DNA of 63,039 nt, the filler included, from Octopus bimaculoides (lineage: Eukaryota): assembly GCF_001194135.2 (NCBI RefSeq). It is 8 parts of 7 records of this genome, joined end to end, with 100 filler letters (N's around TTAATTAATTAA, not from the genome) between each part and the next. Parts side by side here need not be neighbours in the genome. Positions count along the whole stretch, not along the records: positions 1 to 3,817 come from NC_068992.1; positions 3,918 to 32,961 come from NC_068992.1; 6 more parts are not named here. One strand, written 5' to 3'. The first letter of the stretch is position 1; each line of letters begins with the position of its first letter. This document shows positions 1 through 11,314 of this stretch, one piece after another. The position numbers and the translations under genes were made by a program. The notes under the pieces were generated by a model. That model saw nothing but the letters and a program-made list of their open reading frames with translations, was not told the DNA's origin and did not search any database.

Positions 1-194
1 ATATACGAGGTATATATATATATATCTAGCAAGCGGGGCCTCATATCAGTGAGTGGGGGCCGGTGCGCATTGATGCCGTCGAGAGGTAGGACCCGAAACG
101 GCACGCATTCTCTCCTGATGACCCCATACACTTGCTGGCTTCCGGTATGCGGAGTTCTTGACTGGTAGCACTTGCATGTGCGTGTTGTTTGCAA

Positions 195-240
<46 letters not shown>

Positions 241-1740
241 AAATTTTGAACTGCTTTTTAACACAATCAGCGAATTTTTTTAAATATGCTATTTATTATA
301 AAATCTATCTGGCTATGCCGTTTTCATTACGGACAAGCTATCAGAGAAGTTCTATCGCCGGATGAAGTCATTATTGAAGATGTAGCGACATGGCTTCTTC
401 GATCAGCCGGCTTATTACAACAAACTTCTGTCACACAACTCTGACACTGATTTCAGCCAATCAGTAAAAGTGATTATCCTTACGTAATTTGATGTCTCTT
501 CTGACTAAGTTTATACAACTTTTAAATTGATCAGTCAACCTTTCAAAAAATAGGTCCCGCAAGTTAAAACAACTTTCTACTGTAAGCAACAGCACTGTAG
601 TGTTTTCTTAACTTATACTTCAAAGTTAAACTCCTTCGGTGGGAAAAGTTTTGGGGGAAGGGATGAGCTCCTTTGTAGCAATTTATTCTGGATACATAAC
701 CAATTTGTTACAAACGCTACACCAGGTTCAGATGCAGGGCCGCCATTATGTATTAAGACAAGCAAGACCATCGTTTAGAGCGCGAAAATCAGTTATCACC
801 ATTGATTATAATATTATGTAATATATAATAGTATAATATTGTACCATATATATTGTAAGATACTGCTCGAGTCATATTCAGTAAACAATCATAACTGAGA
901 GGGTATTCATTGTAAGTATTAACCTCAGGCACTACTTTGGCATCGAGCCTGTCCAGATGTCTTCGTGGCCAGTAATAAAGTCACAATTTTGGCTAGGAAA
1001 GAAAGTCAGTCAGTCACAATTTTTAAAGTACCTTAAAAAATTTATGTAATAAAACAGAAAATATTTTAAATCAGTTATTAACTGACAATACGAGACTTTT
1101 TTTCCTGTGACTTTTTTTCCGTGACTTTTTTCCTGTAACTTTTTTTTTTACCTGGATTCGATGCCTTATACAATTCCTTACTCATTTACGATAAATGCGA
1201 ACGTTTTTCGTCAAATATAACGATTGTTTTACAGCTTCTTTTTTTTCCGTTACGAGTTATGACACTTATAAAGTTGAAGACACTTATAAACCTAAAAATT
1301 ACCAATGTCAGTTCCAGTGATTTTGTTGCCCTACTTCGGATGAAGTACGACTTTAAAATAAGCGCTGCAAGTTAACGAACTATTCTTTAGTTACAAAGTG
1401 CATTCATCATTGTTGCGATCGGTAGATCTTTATGATATCTATTAACTAAGAGCAAGATGAAATTGCGTCAGTTTCTGACCACAAATTGAAACTGAAAATA
1501 TTAATACCATTCAGCAATATCCAGACAAATGGATCATCAGTCAGCTCGCTCTCTTTATTGGAGTGGGGTGGGGACAAACATTTCTTCGGATTCATACGTG
1601 ATTGATATATTATGATTTTGTCAAAAATAAACGAAAAAAAAAAACAGCTTTCCAAATTTAAATTTTTTCTTCCGGCTAAATCTTTGTTTTCAACTTTTTC
1701 TTTTTCGGGTGGTGGTGTGGTGGGGATATGTGTGTATGTC

Positions 1741-1940
1741 ATTGTGATTGTCCCCCACCTTTGCTTGACAACCGATGTTACGTCCCACTAACTTACCGGT
1801 TCGGTAAAAGACACTGATAGAATAAGTATCAGGTTTTTAAAAAAATTATGAGTACTGGTGTCGATTCGTTTGACTAAAATTCCTCAAAGCGATGCGCCAG
1901 CATGATCACACCACAGCCCTCGAGCTGAAACAAGTAAAAA
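1741..1940 (+). mobile_element. SINE family A, 3' half
   Basis: GCTTGACAACCGATG...GATAGAATAAGTA...CAGCATG...GAAACAAGTAAAA. Confidence 0.7.
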
Positions 1941-2290
1941 AGTAATGCATAAAACGTACGTATATGTTAACATGCAAACCATACGTATGTTTTTTTTATA
2001 TATAAGATGAAAAATATAACAGTCATTGATGCACGAAATGAGATTCGCGGATAAGTTCTTCACGATCTCTAAATCTGTTTCACCGTATATCTGCTCGTGA
2101 AGCTATGGTGTTAAAAATGCACCACTAGTTCGACACTATTGCCTGCGCTTCTTGGTGAGCATCCATTATGAGATGTCACTTCCGGCGAATTGATTCATTT
2201 TTTTTCCTAACCTCCAAATTGAATATCAACATTTTTGTATGAAAATTCCACGTTTAAAAATACGGAGATTATAATTATGGAAAAAATGTT

Positions 2291-3117
2291 TTGGATCTTT
2301 GTGATTTGACGGGCAACAGTTGTTTTCTTAATGAAACACTTTCAAACTTGGGACACTGGTAGAATGTGTCATATAAAACAACTTCTCTTAACCTTCTTAA
2401 CAAAAAATTGTACATCGCAAGTTATTTCATGTTAAAGTTGTCGTATTTCTGTAATTTCAACCAATCACTGACGTCTATTCAGCTGAATACAGTTAGTGCT
2501 GTTCGGTGTCAAGTGTGTTATTCCCTGTTTAATTATATCATTATTCCCTAGTAAGGGTTTAGGGTTTTAGGGTTAGGGTTCGGGTTTTAGGGTTAGGGTT
2601 CGGGTTTTAGGGTTCGGGTTTTAGGGTTAGGGTTGGGGTTAGGGTTATGGTTATGAGTTATAGGGTTAGAGTTAAGGTTATGGCAAAAATAATCATAACC
2701 CTAACCGTAATCCTAAAACTAACCCTAACTCTAAAACTCGAACCCTAACCCTAAAACCAGTACAAACGCACGAACGATGTCATAAATAACAGTAACAAAC
2801 GAAATATATACCACTGATAGTTGTTGTTGACAACGGATAGTTTTTGTTGACAAACAACGGCACTAATTTTATTCAAGGGAAAAAATCCCGTAACACCGTT
2901 GTTTACATTCCCCGGTGTAATTGTTTTCACCTCAATAGACGTCAGTGATTGGTTGAAATTACCGAAATACGACAATTTTTTACATGAAAAAACTTAGAAT
3001 ACAAAATTTTTTATCTGTTCTATAACACAAAACATACAAGTATTCGAAGTTTGAAAGTGTTTCGGTACCAAAAACACTACATAAAAAAATGTTGCCCGTC
3101 AAATCACAAGGATCCAA
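2291..3117. mobile_element. Non-autonomous TIR element (MITE) with central inverted telomere-like repeats
   Basis: 28-bp TIRs at 2291-2318 and 3090-3117 (27/28 match); subterminal IR at 2437-2480 and 2934-2976; centre (TTAGGG)-like 2555-2680 then (CCCTAA)-like 2697-2759. Confidence 0.85.
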
Positions 3118-3472
3118 TATTTTTCAAGATTACATTATTTACTTATCAACACTGATTGCTTACGATAATTTTGCACAGTCAATTTGTGATCATGAACTAA
3201 ATGACTGCTGTTAAAGTCCTATCCATATCACAATAGAGATAACGAAATAGAAATCATTACTCCTGTTACTTGTAGTCTTTCTTCTTTTCTTATCTCGATT
3301 TAACCATCCACGAATCTTCTCACTTGTGTAGATTAACTAAATGCATGAACCAGAACAACAATTGTGAAATTTATCAAAACTTTTCTCAAACGATTATTGC
3401 TACAACCGCTATAATTTAACACTGTCACATAACCGTAGACTGGGTGTTTAGATTTACATGTATTATATTGTT

Positions 3473-3817
3473 TACTAGCAGTATAGCCCGGCGCTGCTCG
3501 GGATTAAGCTAGGATTATTAAGTGATCAAGTGCTTTATTTCAAACCAAAATAAGTAACATGGACATCAGATTTGAGCGAAATTCGTTGAAATTGGTTTGG
3601 CTGAAAATGGTTTGCTGGCAATTTAATTGGGAAATCCCATAAGGAATCAGTTTATTGGTTATTTCCACTCATTGACTGTTTTTTTAAAAGTTGCATTAGA
3701 GATCTGCATAGGAAAAGGTTGATCTGAAGGTTTGCATTGGGGATGTGAATTGGAGTAACCTAGGAAAACTTACCAACAGCCTTAACAAAAAAATAAGGGG
3801 CCTGTCCCTTCTAGGTT
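3473..3817 (+). mobile_element. Non-autonomous Helitron/Helentron-like element (5' part)
   Basis: Begins TACTAGCAGTATAGCCCGGCGCTGCTCGGG (terminal hairpin type recalled from HINE/Helitron2 elements); truncated by a gap. Confidence 0.55.
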
Positions 3818-4140
3818 NNNNNNNNNNNNNNNNNNNNNNNNNNNNNNNNNNNNNNNNNNNNTTAATTAATTAANNNNNNNNNNNNNNNNNNNNNNNNNNN
3901 NNNNNNNNNNNNNNNNNATATATATATATATATATATACATCCATGCAACCCATGCTAGCATAGACAATGGATGTTGAATGATGATGATGTGTATTCTCT
4001 TCGTGTATATATGTTTGTATGTATGCATGCATGTGTGTAGTATGTATGGGAGAGAGAGAGTAGATGATGGGGAAGGCTGGAGAGAGAGAGAGAGAGTGGT
4101 ACACAAACCAGTATCTCATCTTATTTTGTTTTATTTCTAG

Positions 4141-4212
4141 ACCCCTGAGTGAAATGTTCGACAGGAAATATTTCCTCACTGTCTCAAAAGATGTCTGTAT
4201 GGAAAGAAGAAG
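4141..4212 (+). CDS. NMRK1: Nicotinamide riboside kinase (NMRK1-like), internal coding exon (72 bp)
   Basis: Acceptor ttattttgttttatttctag| and donor |gtaaac. Reads (x)PLSEMFDRKYFLTVSKDVCMERR(S), which aligns by eye to human NMRK1 KPLDTIWNRSYFLTIPYEECKRRRS. Ends in phase 2 and splices in frame to 8673. Confidence 0.9.
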
Positions 4213-4338
4213 GTAAACAATGATCTTTCATTTGTTGAGGTTTCTACCTAAAATCTATTGCTTTAGAATAGAATTTCAAACAAAACATATATCTGCATGT
4301 GTGTGTCTGTGTGTGTGCGTATATGTATGTAATATAGA

Positions 4339-4725
4339 TGCAGGCATGGCTGTGTGGTAAGAAGCTTGCTTCCGAACCACATGGTTCTGGGTTCAGTTCC
4401 ACTGCATGGCACCTTGGACACGTGTCTTCTACTATAGCCTAGGGCTGACCAAAGCCTTGTGAGTGGACTTGATAGACGGAAACTGAAAGAAGCCCGTCGT
4501 ATATATCTATATGTGTGTGCGTCTTAGTGGTCCCCCACCATTGCTTGACAACCAATGTTGGTGTGTTTACATCCCCAAAACTTAGCAGTTTGGCAAAAGA
4601 GGTCGATAGAATAAGTATACTCGGCTTACAAAGAATAAGTTCTGGTGTTGGTTTGTTCAACTAAAGGCGGTGCTCCAGCATGGCTGCAGTCAAACGACTG
4701 AAACAAATAAAAGAATATAAGAATA
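4339..4725 (+). mobile_element. tRNA-derived SINE family A (full length)
   Basis: Head TGGCTGTGTGG...GGTTCAGTTCC (A/B-box like), body GTGTCTTCTACTATAGCC...GACGGAAACTGAAAGAAGCCC, internal TA/TG tract, tail GGCGGTGCTCCAGCATGGC...GAAACAAATAAAAGAAT. Confidence 0.85.
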
Positions 4726-5089
4726 TATAATTGAATGTGTGCAACCACTAATCCAAACACATTTTTTTCTCTTTCTCTGTTTTATTGCCTCTCTCCACAT
4801 TTCCTTCTGTAGAAGAACATAGGCTCAAGATATCAAAGACTTTCCTGACCATCAAACTGATACACCTTGTCTGTTGTTTCCTCACCTATCTCTGTCTTTT
4901 GGCTTTTGTACAATTTTGAACTATATACACACACATAGAGGGTGGCCTCTGTAGGTTTACAGTTTGTAATTTATTTTTATTTTAGTGTATTTAACTTTGT
5001 AAAAGTTTGCACTGGTTTCCTGGTTTCCAACAACTATGTAACATTCCCCGAACCTGTCCAGAACACTTTTTTATTATTTCATTTAATAT

Positions 5090-5445
5090 TATTAACACCA
5101 CCTTCACTAAAGTGGAGGTATTGTTTTTCAGTTGTGTTTGTTTATCCACGGACAAGATATCTCAAGAACCATTGGATAGATTCGAATGAAACTTTCAGGG
5201 ATGTTTGGTATGAAATGATTAGATTTTGGGATCGATCCGGTACCGGATAAGGATTCTGGATTATTTTTCCTGTTTTTTTTTACTTAATTTTTAGAGTCAT
5301 TGGGTTCAATTTTAGTATTTTCGTTTGTGAGAGCAATCGAGTTTATTTCAGATATTCTCATTTCAAAAATCATCTCTGGCTAATCGTTGATAGGATATTG
5401 ATGTTGCCTTGATGGAGGTTTGCATTCTCTGAGTGACCTTCTTTT
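5090..5445 (+). mobile_element. DINE-1/HINE-like non-autonomous Helentron
   Basis: CCTTCACTAAAGTGGAGG start, TGTTTGTTT tract, CAAGATATCTCAAGAAC...TTAGATTTTGGGATCGATCCGG, end TGGAGGTTTGCATTCTCTGAGTG. Confidence 0.6.
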
Positions 5446-6311
5446 ATATTGAGACAATTATTTTTATTTATGCTTCATTTATTAGTTATTTTCTTTTAAA
5501 TTGTGAAGTGTATACCCATTTTTTCACCACCCGGTGTGTGTGCGTGTGTATNNNNNNNNNNNNNNNNNNNNNNNNNNNNNNNNNNNNNNNNNNNNNNNNN
5601 NNNNNNNNNNNNNNNNNNNNNNNNNNNNNNNNNNNNNNNNNNNNNNNNNNNNNNNNNNNNNNNNNNNNNNNNNNNNNNNNNNNNNNNNNNNNNNNNNNNN
5701 NNNNNNNNNNNNNNNNNNNNNNNNNNNNNNNNNNNNNNNNNNNNNNNNNNNNNNNNNNNNNNNNNNNNNNNNNNNNNNNNNNNNNNNNNNNNNNNNNNNN
5801 NNNNNNNNNNNNNNNNNNNNNNNNNNNNNNNNNNNNNNNNNNNNNNNNNNNNNNNNNNNNNNNNNNNNNNNNNNNNNNNNNNNNNNNNNNNNNNNNNNNN
5901 NNNNNNNNNNNNNNNNNNNNNNNNNNNNNNNNNNNNNNNNNNNNNNNNNNNNNNNNNNNNNNNNNNNNNNNNNNNNNNNNNNNNNNNNNNNNNNNNNNNN
6001 NNNNNNNNNNNNNNNNNNNNNNNNNNNNNNNNNNNNNNNNNNNNNNNNNNNNNNNNNNNNNNNNNNNNNNNNNNNNNNNNNNNNNNNNNNNNNNNNNNNN
6101 NNNNNNNNNNNNNNNNNNNNNNNNNNNNNNNNNNNNNNNNNNNNNNNNNNNNNNNNNNNNNNNNNNNNNNNNNNNNNNNNNNNNNNNNNNNNNNNNNNNN
6201 NNNNNNNNNNNNNNNNNNNNNNNNNNNNNNNNNNNNNNNNNNNNNNNNNNNNNNNNNNNNNNNNNNNNNNNNNNNNNNNNNNNNNNNNNNNNNNNNNNNN
6301 NNNNNNNNNNN

Positions 6312-7472
6312 NGAGTGTAGTGGGTGCTTTTACATGCCACCGGCACGAAGGCCAGCCCAGCGGTACTGGCAACGACAACACTCAAAATGGTGTAATTTTA
6401 CGTGCCACCTGCACAAGAGCCAGTCCAGCAGTACTGGCAACGATCTCGCTCGAATGTCTTTACATGTACCACCAGCACAAGTGCCAGGAAGGCGACTCTG
6501 GACACAGGTGCCATCACGATTTCGCTTTCGCTTGCCCCAACAGGTCTTCGCAAACCGAGTTTAGTGTCCAATGAAGGAGACGACGTTGGCATGGGTGCCA
6601 GTCATCGAATTTAGTTCGATTTCGATTTCACTTGCCTCAACAGGTTTTCGCAAGTGGAGTTGTGTCCAATCAAGGAAGGTACGCATAAGTGGGCTGGCTA
6701 CACCCCTGGCAGAGGCCTTGGATTTAGGTCTCACTTGGCTTGTCAGGTCTTCTCACGCACAGCANNNNNNNNNNCTTTTCTCTCAAGGTACTTACACTCT
6801 GTCTAGTATGCACACTAACATTACACATCCATCGGAGCATACTGGCTTCATTCCTTGCGAGTTTACGCATGTCCTCAGCAGTCACGGCCCATGTTTCACT
6901 GCCATGTAGCATGGCTGTTCTTACACATGCGTCATACAGTCTGCCTTTTACTCTGAGTGAGAGGCCCCTTGTCACCAGCAGAAGTAAGAGCTCTCTGAAC
7001 TTTGCCCAGGCTATTCTTATTCTAGCAGCTACAATTTCAGCTAACTTGGTCACCTAGATAGCAGAAGCTATCAACTAAGTGTAGTTTTTCTCCCTGGAAT
7101 GTGGCCAAAGTTGTTTTCTGCACATTTTCAGTGTTTATTGCTCCTGAACATCTGCTGCATACAAAAACTAACTTCTTAGTTAACCTTCCTTTGATATTGC
7201 TGCACCTCTTATATGCCCAAAGCTTGCACTGGGTACATCTTATAGAGTTTCTACCTATGCCTTTTCTACAGATCAAGCAGGGCCATCTACCTGAAGGGGT
7301 TTGTGTTTTGTCTACCTTCCTACTTATTAGGACTTTGGTTTTAGCTAGGTTGACTCTAAGGCCCTTCGATTCTAGTCCTTGCTTCCACACCTGAAACTTC
7401 TCTAGTTCTGAGAGTGACTCAGCAATTAGTGCAAGGTCATCAGCATAGAGGAGCTCCCAGAGGCATCCTGTC
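6312..7472 (-). mobile_element. RTE-clade LINE, 5'-truncated (RT C-terminal half plus long 3' UTR)
   Basis: Minus strand reads TGCLWELLYADDLALIAES (YADD at about 7436-7447), GLRVNLAKTKVL, a zinc-finger-like WPCLICRKGIGRNSIRCTQCKLW, and KGRLYDACVRTAMLHGSETW. The 3' UTR runs to the gap at 6312. Confidence 0.92.
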
Positions 7473-8672
7473 TAGAATGTCTGTAAGTTTTATATTGTAA
7501 AAGGGACGTCTAAAAACGCTATTTGTAAGATGAAAACTGAAATTAAATTTCAACACCGACTTCAACGCTGTTTAAAAAAGAAAGACAAAAGTGATGGTTA
7601 GAAGGAGGGGACATAATCTTTACAGATTATGTTTAGGCTGAGTTATTTCCCTTGTATTAGTTAAACGCATAATGGCAGCCTTGAAATCTTTAAAAATCTA
7701 TGCCTGTATGTAAGTTAGAGCCTTATGGATTTGCCTTTCACTCAAGGAGAGAATTTGTTTGGATTCACCAGAGATAATAACACCCTGCAATCTCCCTTCA
7801 TTTTTATTCTGGCCACTATACTGTTCCTTCTACCTTCTGCTATGTTTTTCAACATCTGGCATAAATCCTCTTCTTTCTTTTCTGTAAGTCTCACTCATTT
7901 GAAGGAAATCTTCATCTTGCAAGCTATATGGCGACCTCCACATCACGAAGTATTGGTGCCACAAAAATAAAGAAGAAAAGCACCCAGTACACTCTGTAAA
8001 GTGCTTGGCATGAGGAAGGATACCTAACCTTAGAAACGATAACAAGCAGACATAGGATCATGATGCAGTCCTTCGGCTCACTGGATCCTGTCAAAATGGT
8101 CAACTCATACCAAAATGAAAGATGGATATTAAATGTAAATGATATTTATTGATATTTATTTTGTCAGTTCTCTTACTACAAACTGCTCTTGAACATTTGC
8201 TGTACACAAAGTCCTTCTCTGTCAATCTGGCCGTGATTCCACTGCATCTATGATTGTGCATCCATAATTTACTCTGATCACATCGTATGGTATTCCTCCC
8301 AACACTTTTACTGTATACAGAGCATACTCACTGACCAGATTGCAGTTGAGTGGTGTCTTCCTTTCTGCTAAGTGAAGATTTTGTCTTTGCTAAGACGTGT
8401 GTGTCTGTGTGTGTGTGTGTGTCCGTCCACGTGTGTGTAGGTGTTGCCAATTTTAGCATATTTTCTAAATTTACACAATATTAATTTGTTTAAATAAACT
8501 TGTTTGAATATTTCTGTCAGTTTATTTATTGATAGAAAGACGATGGTTTGTATTCCTCAGAGGAGAATGCTTCTTTTTTATTATTTTTATTTTGTTTGAT
8601 TTTGCTGTTGTTTTCTTTCTATTGCTTGCCTTTTTTCAGCCATTATTGTCTTTTACCATTTTCTCTCGCCAG

Positions 8673-8776
8673 CATTCGTGTTTATGATCCTCCTGATTGT
8701 GATGGATACTTTGAAAAAATAGCATGGCCCTCTTATCTTAAAAACTTGGAAGCGATTTCAGATCAAAAAGATATTG
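8673..8776 (+). CDS. NMRK1: NMRK1-like coding exon (104 bp)
   Basis: Acceptor ttttctctcgccag| and donor |gtaaga. Reads (S)IRVYDPPDCDGYFEKIAWPSYLKNLEAISDQKDI(V), matching the NMRK1 motif TRVYQPPDSPGYFDGHVWPMYLK. Phase 2 in, phase 1 out. Confidence 0.92.
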
Positions 8777-8972
8777 GTAAGATAAAATATTAAATGTTTT
8801 ATATTAACAAGTTCATTAATGTATTAGATTAACAAAATCATTAAAGAGTTGGTGTGAATGCTTTGCAGTTTTTGCTTGGATCTCTGCTCTTGGGGTTCTA
8901 GTCTTGATGAGGTCAACTTTGCCTTCTATCCTTCCATCCTTGGTTGGGTCAATAAATATCATTCAAATACTG

Positions 8973-8973
<1 letters not shown>

Positions 8974-9068
<95 letters not shown>
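8974..9068. repeat. (CT)n microsatellite
   Basis: Pure CT array. Confidence 0.95.
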
Positions 9069-9071
<3 letters not shown>

Positions 9072-9082
9072 ATATATAAATA

Positions 9083-9637
9083 ATCAATGTAAGAATTAAT
9101 TTATTAAATAAAGTTTAATAAATTTCATCAAATAAATGAAATGAAGCAGATTGGATGTTAAAATAGATTATCCTTCTATTTCATAATCCTAGACAATTAT
9201 TTTTGACAAAAGGACCAAGATTTACATATAGAGAACATCATAAAGGTCGAATTTGTACTCTTCAGTTGGTGAGATTTAAAGGAAAATAAACAAAAAGACG
9301 TTTAAAATATACATTGAATTTTTCATAGTTTCAATTCAAATAATTTTGAGTGAAAGAATAAATATACAAATACCTAAATAATAATGGTAACTAAGAAAAA
9401 ATTCAATGTATATTTTAAACATCTTTTTGTTTATGTTCCTTTAAATCTCATCTACTGAACAGTACAATTTCGACCTTTACGATGTTCTTTTCAAGGAAAT
9501 CTTGGTCCTTTTGTCAGAAACAATTGTCTAGGATTATGAAATAGAAGGATAATCTATTTTAACATCCAATCTGCTTCATTTCATTTATTTGATGAAATTT
9601 ATTAAACTTTGTTTAATAAATTAAGATTCATATTGAT
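9083..9637. mobile_element. Foldback/MITE-like inverted repeat (arms about 245 bp)
   Basis: 9083-9327 is the imperfect reverse complement of 9391-9637. Confidence 0.85.
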
Positions 9638-9747
9638 GATTTGTTTTCATACATTCATACCGATACGATTTTAAAATTCGTGAATAACATATGATGAAAA
9701 GGCATTAGAAATCTATGGAAAAAATTCCATTAAAGGACGAAGATATA

Positions 9748-9784
<37 letters not shown>

Positions 9785-9979
9785 GAGGAATCCACTAATG
9801 GGATTCCTTACACTAAAAAGAACTGCTAGGTTCTAGAACCACAAATTAGGGATAAAATCCTGAAAAGGAACAAAATGAAAAATAAAAACTTTTACCATAT
9901 CTTTCCTGGACCAAATTGGTTTCTGACTTATTTTAGCAATTTAAAATAATTTGCTAGGTGAAGTTGTTATCAACAGGTA

Positions 9980-10559
9980 CACCCAAGACTAAATTATATA
10001 AACACAAAGTAATCAATTCCAAGCCTCCCATTTATACATCCTAATTTTTTCAGATCTACTGCGCAGACGCAGCTCCTTGCTGGCAATAAAAAAATGCCAA
10101 CTTTTAAATTCGAAAAATTATCCAAAAAACTTATAATAATTAATCGTATCAAAGGGAAATGGAAATTAGTAAAATTTTCATCTCCAAGTGGCCTAGCGTA
10201 TAGAAGTTTAGTCGAAAGACTATGAACTACTCATAAAACCCTCACCAACAACAACTACCGAAACAGACCCATTGCTTATGTATTTGAATATACACTGTAC
10301 CTTATGAGTAATTCTTAGTCTTTTGACTAAACTTTTATATGCTAGGCCACCTGGAGATGAAAATTTTACTAATTTCCATTTCCCTTTGATACGATTAATT
10401 ATTAAAAGATTTTTGGATAATTTTTCGAATTTAAAAGTTGGCATTTTTTTATTGCCAGCAAGGAGCTGTGTCTGCGCAGTAGATCTGAAAAAAATTAGGA
10501 TGTATAAATGGGAGGCAAGGAAATGATTACCTTGTGTTTATATATTTTAGTCTTGGGTG
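9980..10559. mobile_element. Foldback/MITE-like inverted repeat (arms about 242 bp)
   Basis: 9980-10221 is the imperfect reverse complement of 10317-10559. Confidence 0.88.
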
Positions 10560-11216
10560 AACTAGGCTTCAAGGGAAATAACTTATCAGAATTACTTCCC
10601 TTTGTTTTTCACTTTCTTTAAAATAAACTAATGGAAATCTCGAAAAGTTTATAGTTGCTTCTGAACAAAAATATTTTGCTGTGAATGATATATTTTAAGT
10701 GAATTCCGTTTTAAAATACTTCATTTTTGTATTTGATTTGCAAGATTCGTGATGTGAAATCATGCATTCAATCTGATGTAATTGTATCTAAAGAGACTCA
10801 TTTTGCCAATGAGAAACACACACTGGTTTTGTTTCACTTCTCTTATTATCATTCTTGTTAGCCAACTTGTTAAACATTTAGCCAGTTTATTATTTGATTG
10901 TTTTAGTTATTAGAATGAAAGATGAGGAGAGTCATAAAGTTCTCGCAGAGAAGACATGTTGTTGATAAGGTCGTGAATAACAACAAAAGAACTTTGACGA
11001 AGCTAGCTGGCTGATTGATTGATTGATTAAATGATTAATCAAACAATCGATTAGTTAATTGGTTAAGTGGTTAACTAGGTGGGTAGTAATAATAAAAGAA
11101 GTGAAATACAACCAGTGTTTATTACTGGTACAATGACCCACCCAAAATACAACAAAACTGTTTTTAAAATCTTTTGTCAAAATTCTCATGATATATTGTT
11201 CTTTTTTTAATTTCAG

Positions 11217-11314
11217 TTTACCATAACAGTGATTCTAATTTCCTACAAATATTTGAAACAATTAAAGACGACATCACTAATTTACTAAAGACGAAAGAAA
11301 GAGATCTTTGTTGA
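11217..11314 (+). CDS. NMRK1: NMRK1-like terminal coding exon
   Basis: Acceptor ttctttttttaatttcag|. A phase-1 junction gives (V)YHNSDSNFLQIFETIKDDITNLLKTKERDLC then TGA at 11312-11314. Position and length correspond to NMRK1 VYLDGTKSEEDLFLQVYEDL. Confidence 0.8.

Noticed and set aside
2555-2759. True telomere or chromosome-fusion site
   Set aside because: The repeats are degenerate, short and enclosed by transposon TIRs; treated as a MITE core.
4807-4836. Hammerhead-like relic CTGTAGA-A-GAAC(ATAG)GCTC-AAGA
   Set aside because: Several core positions are mismatched and stem II is broken; it cannot be supported from this copy.
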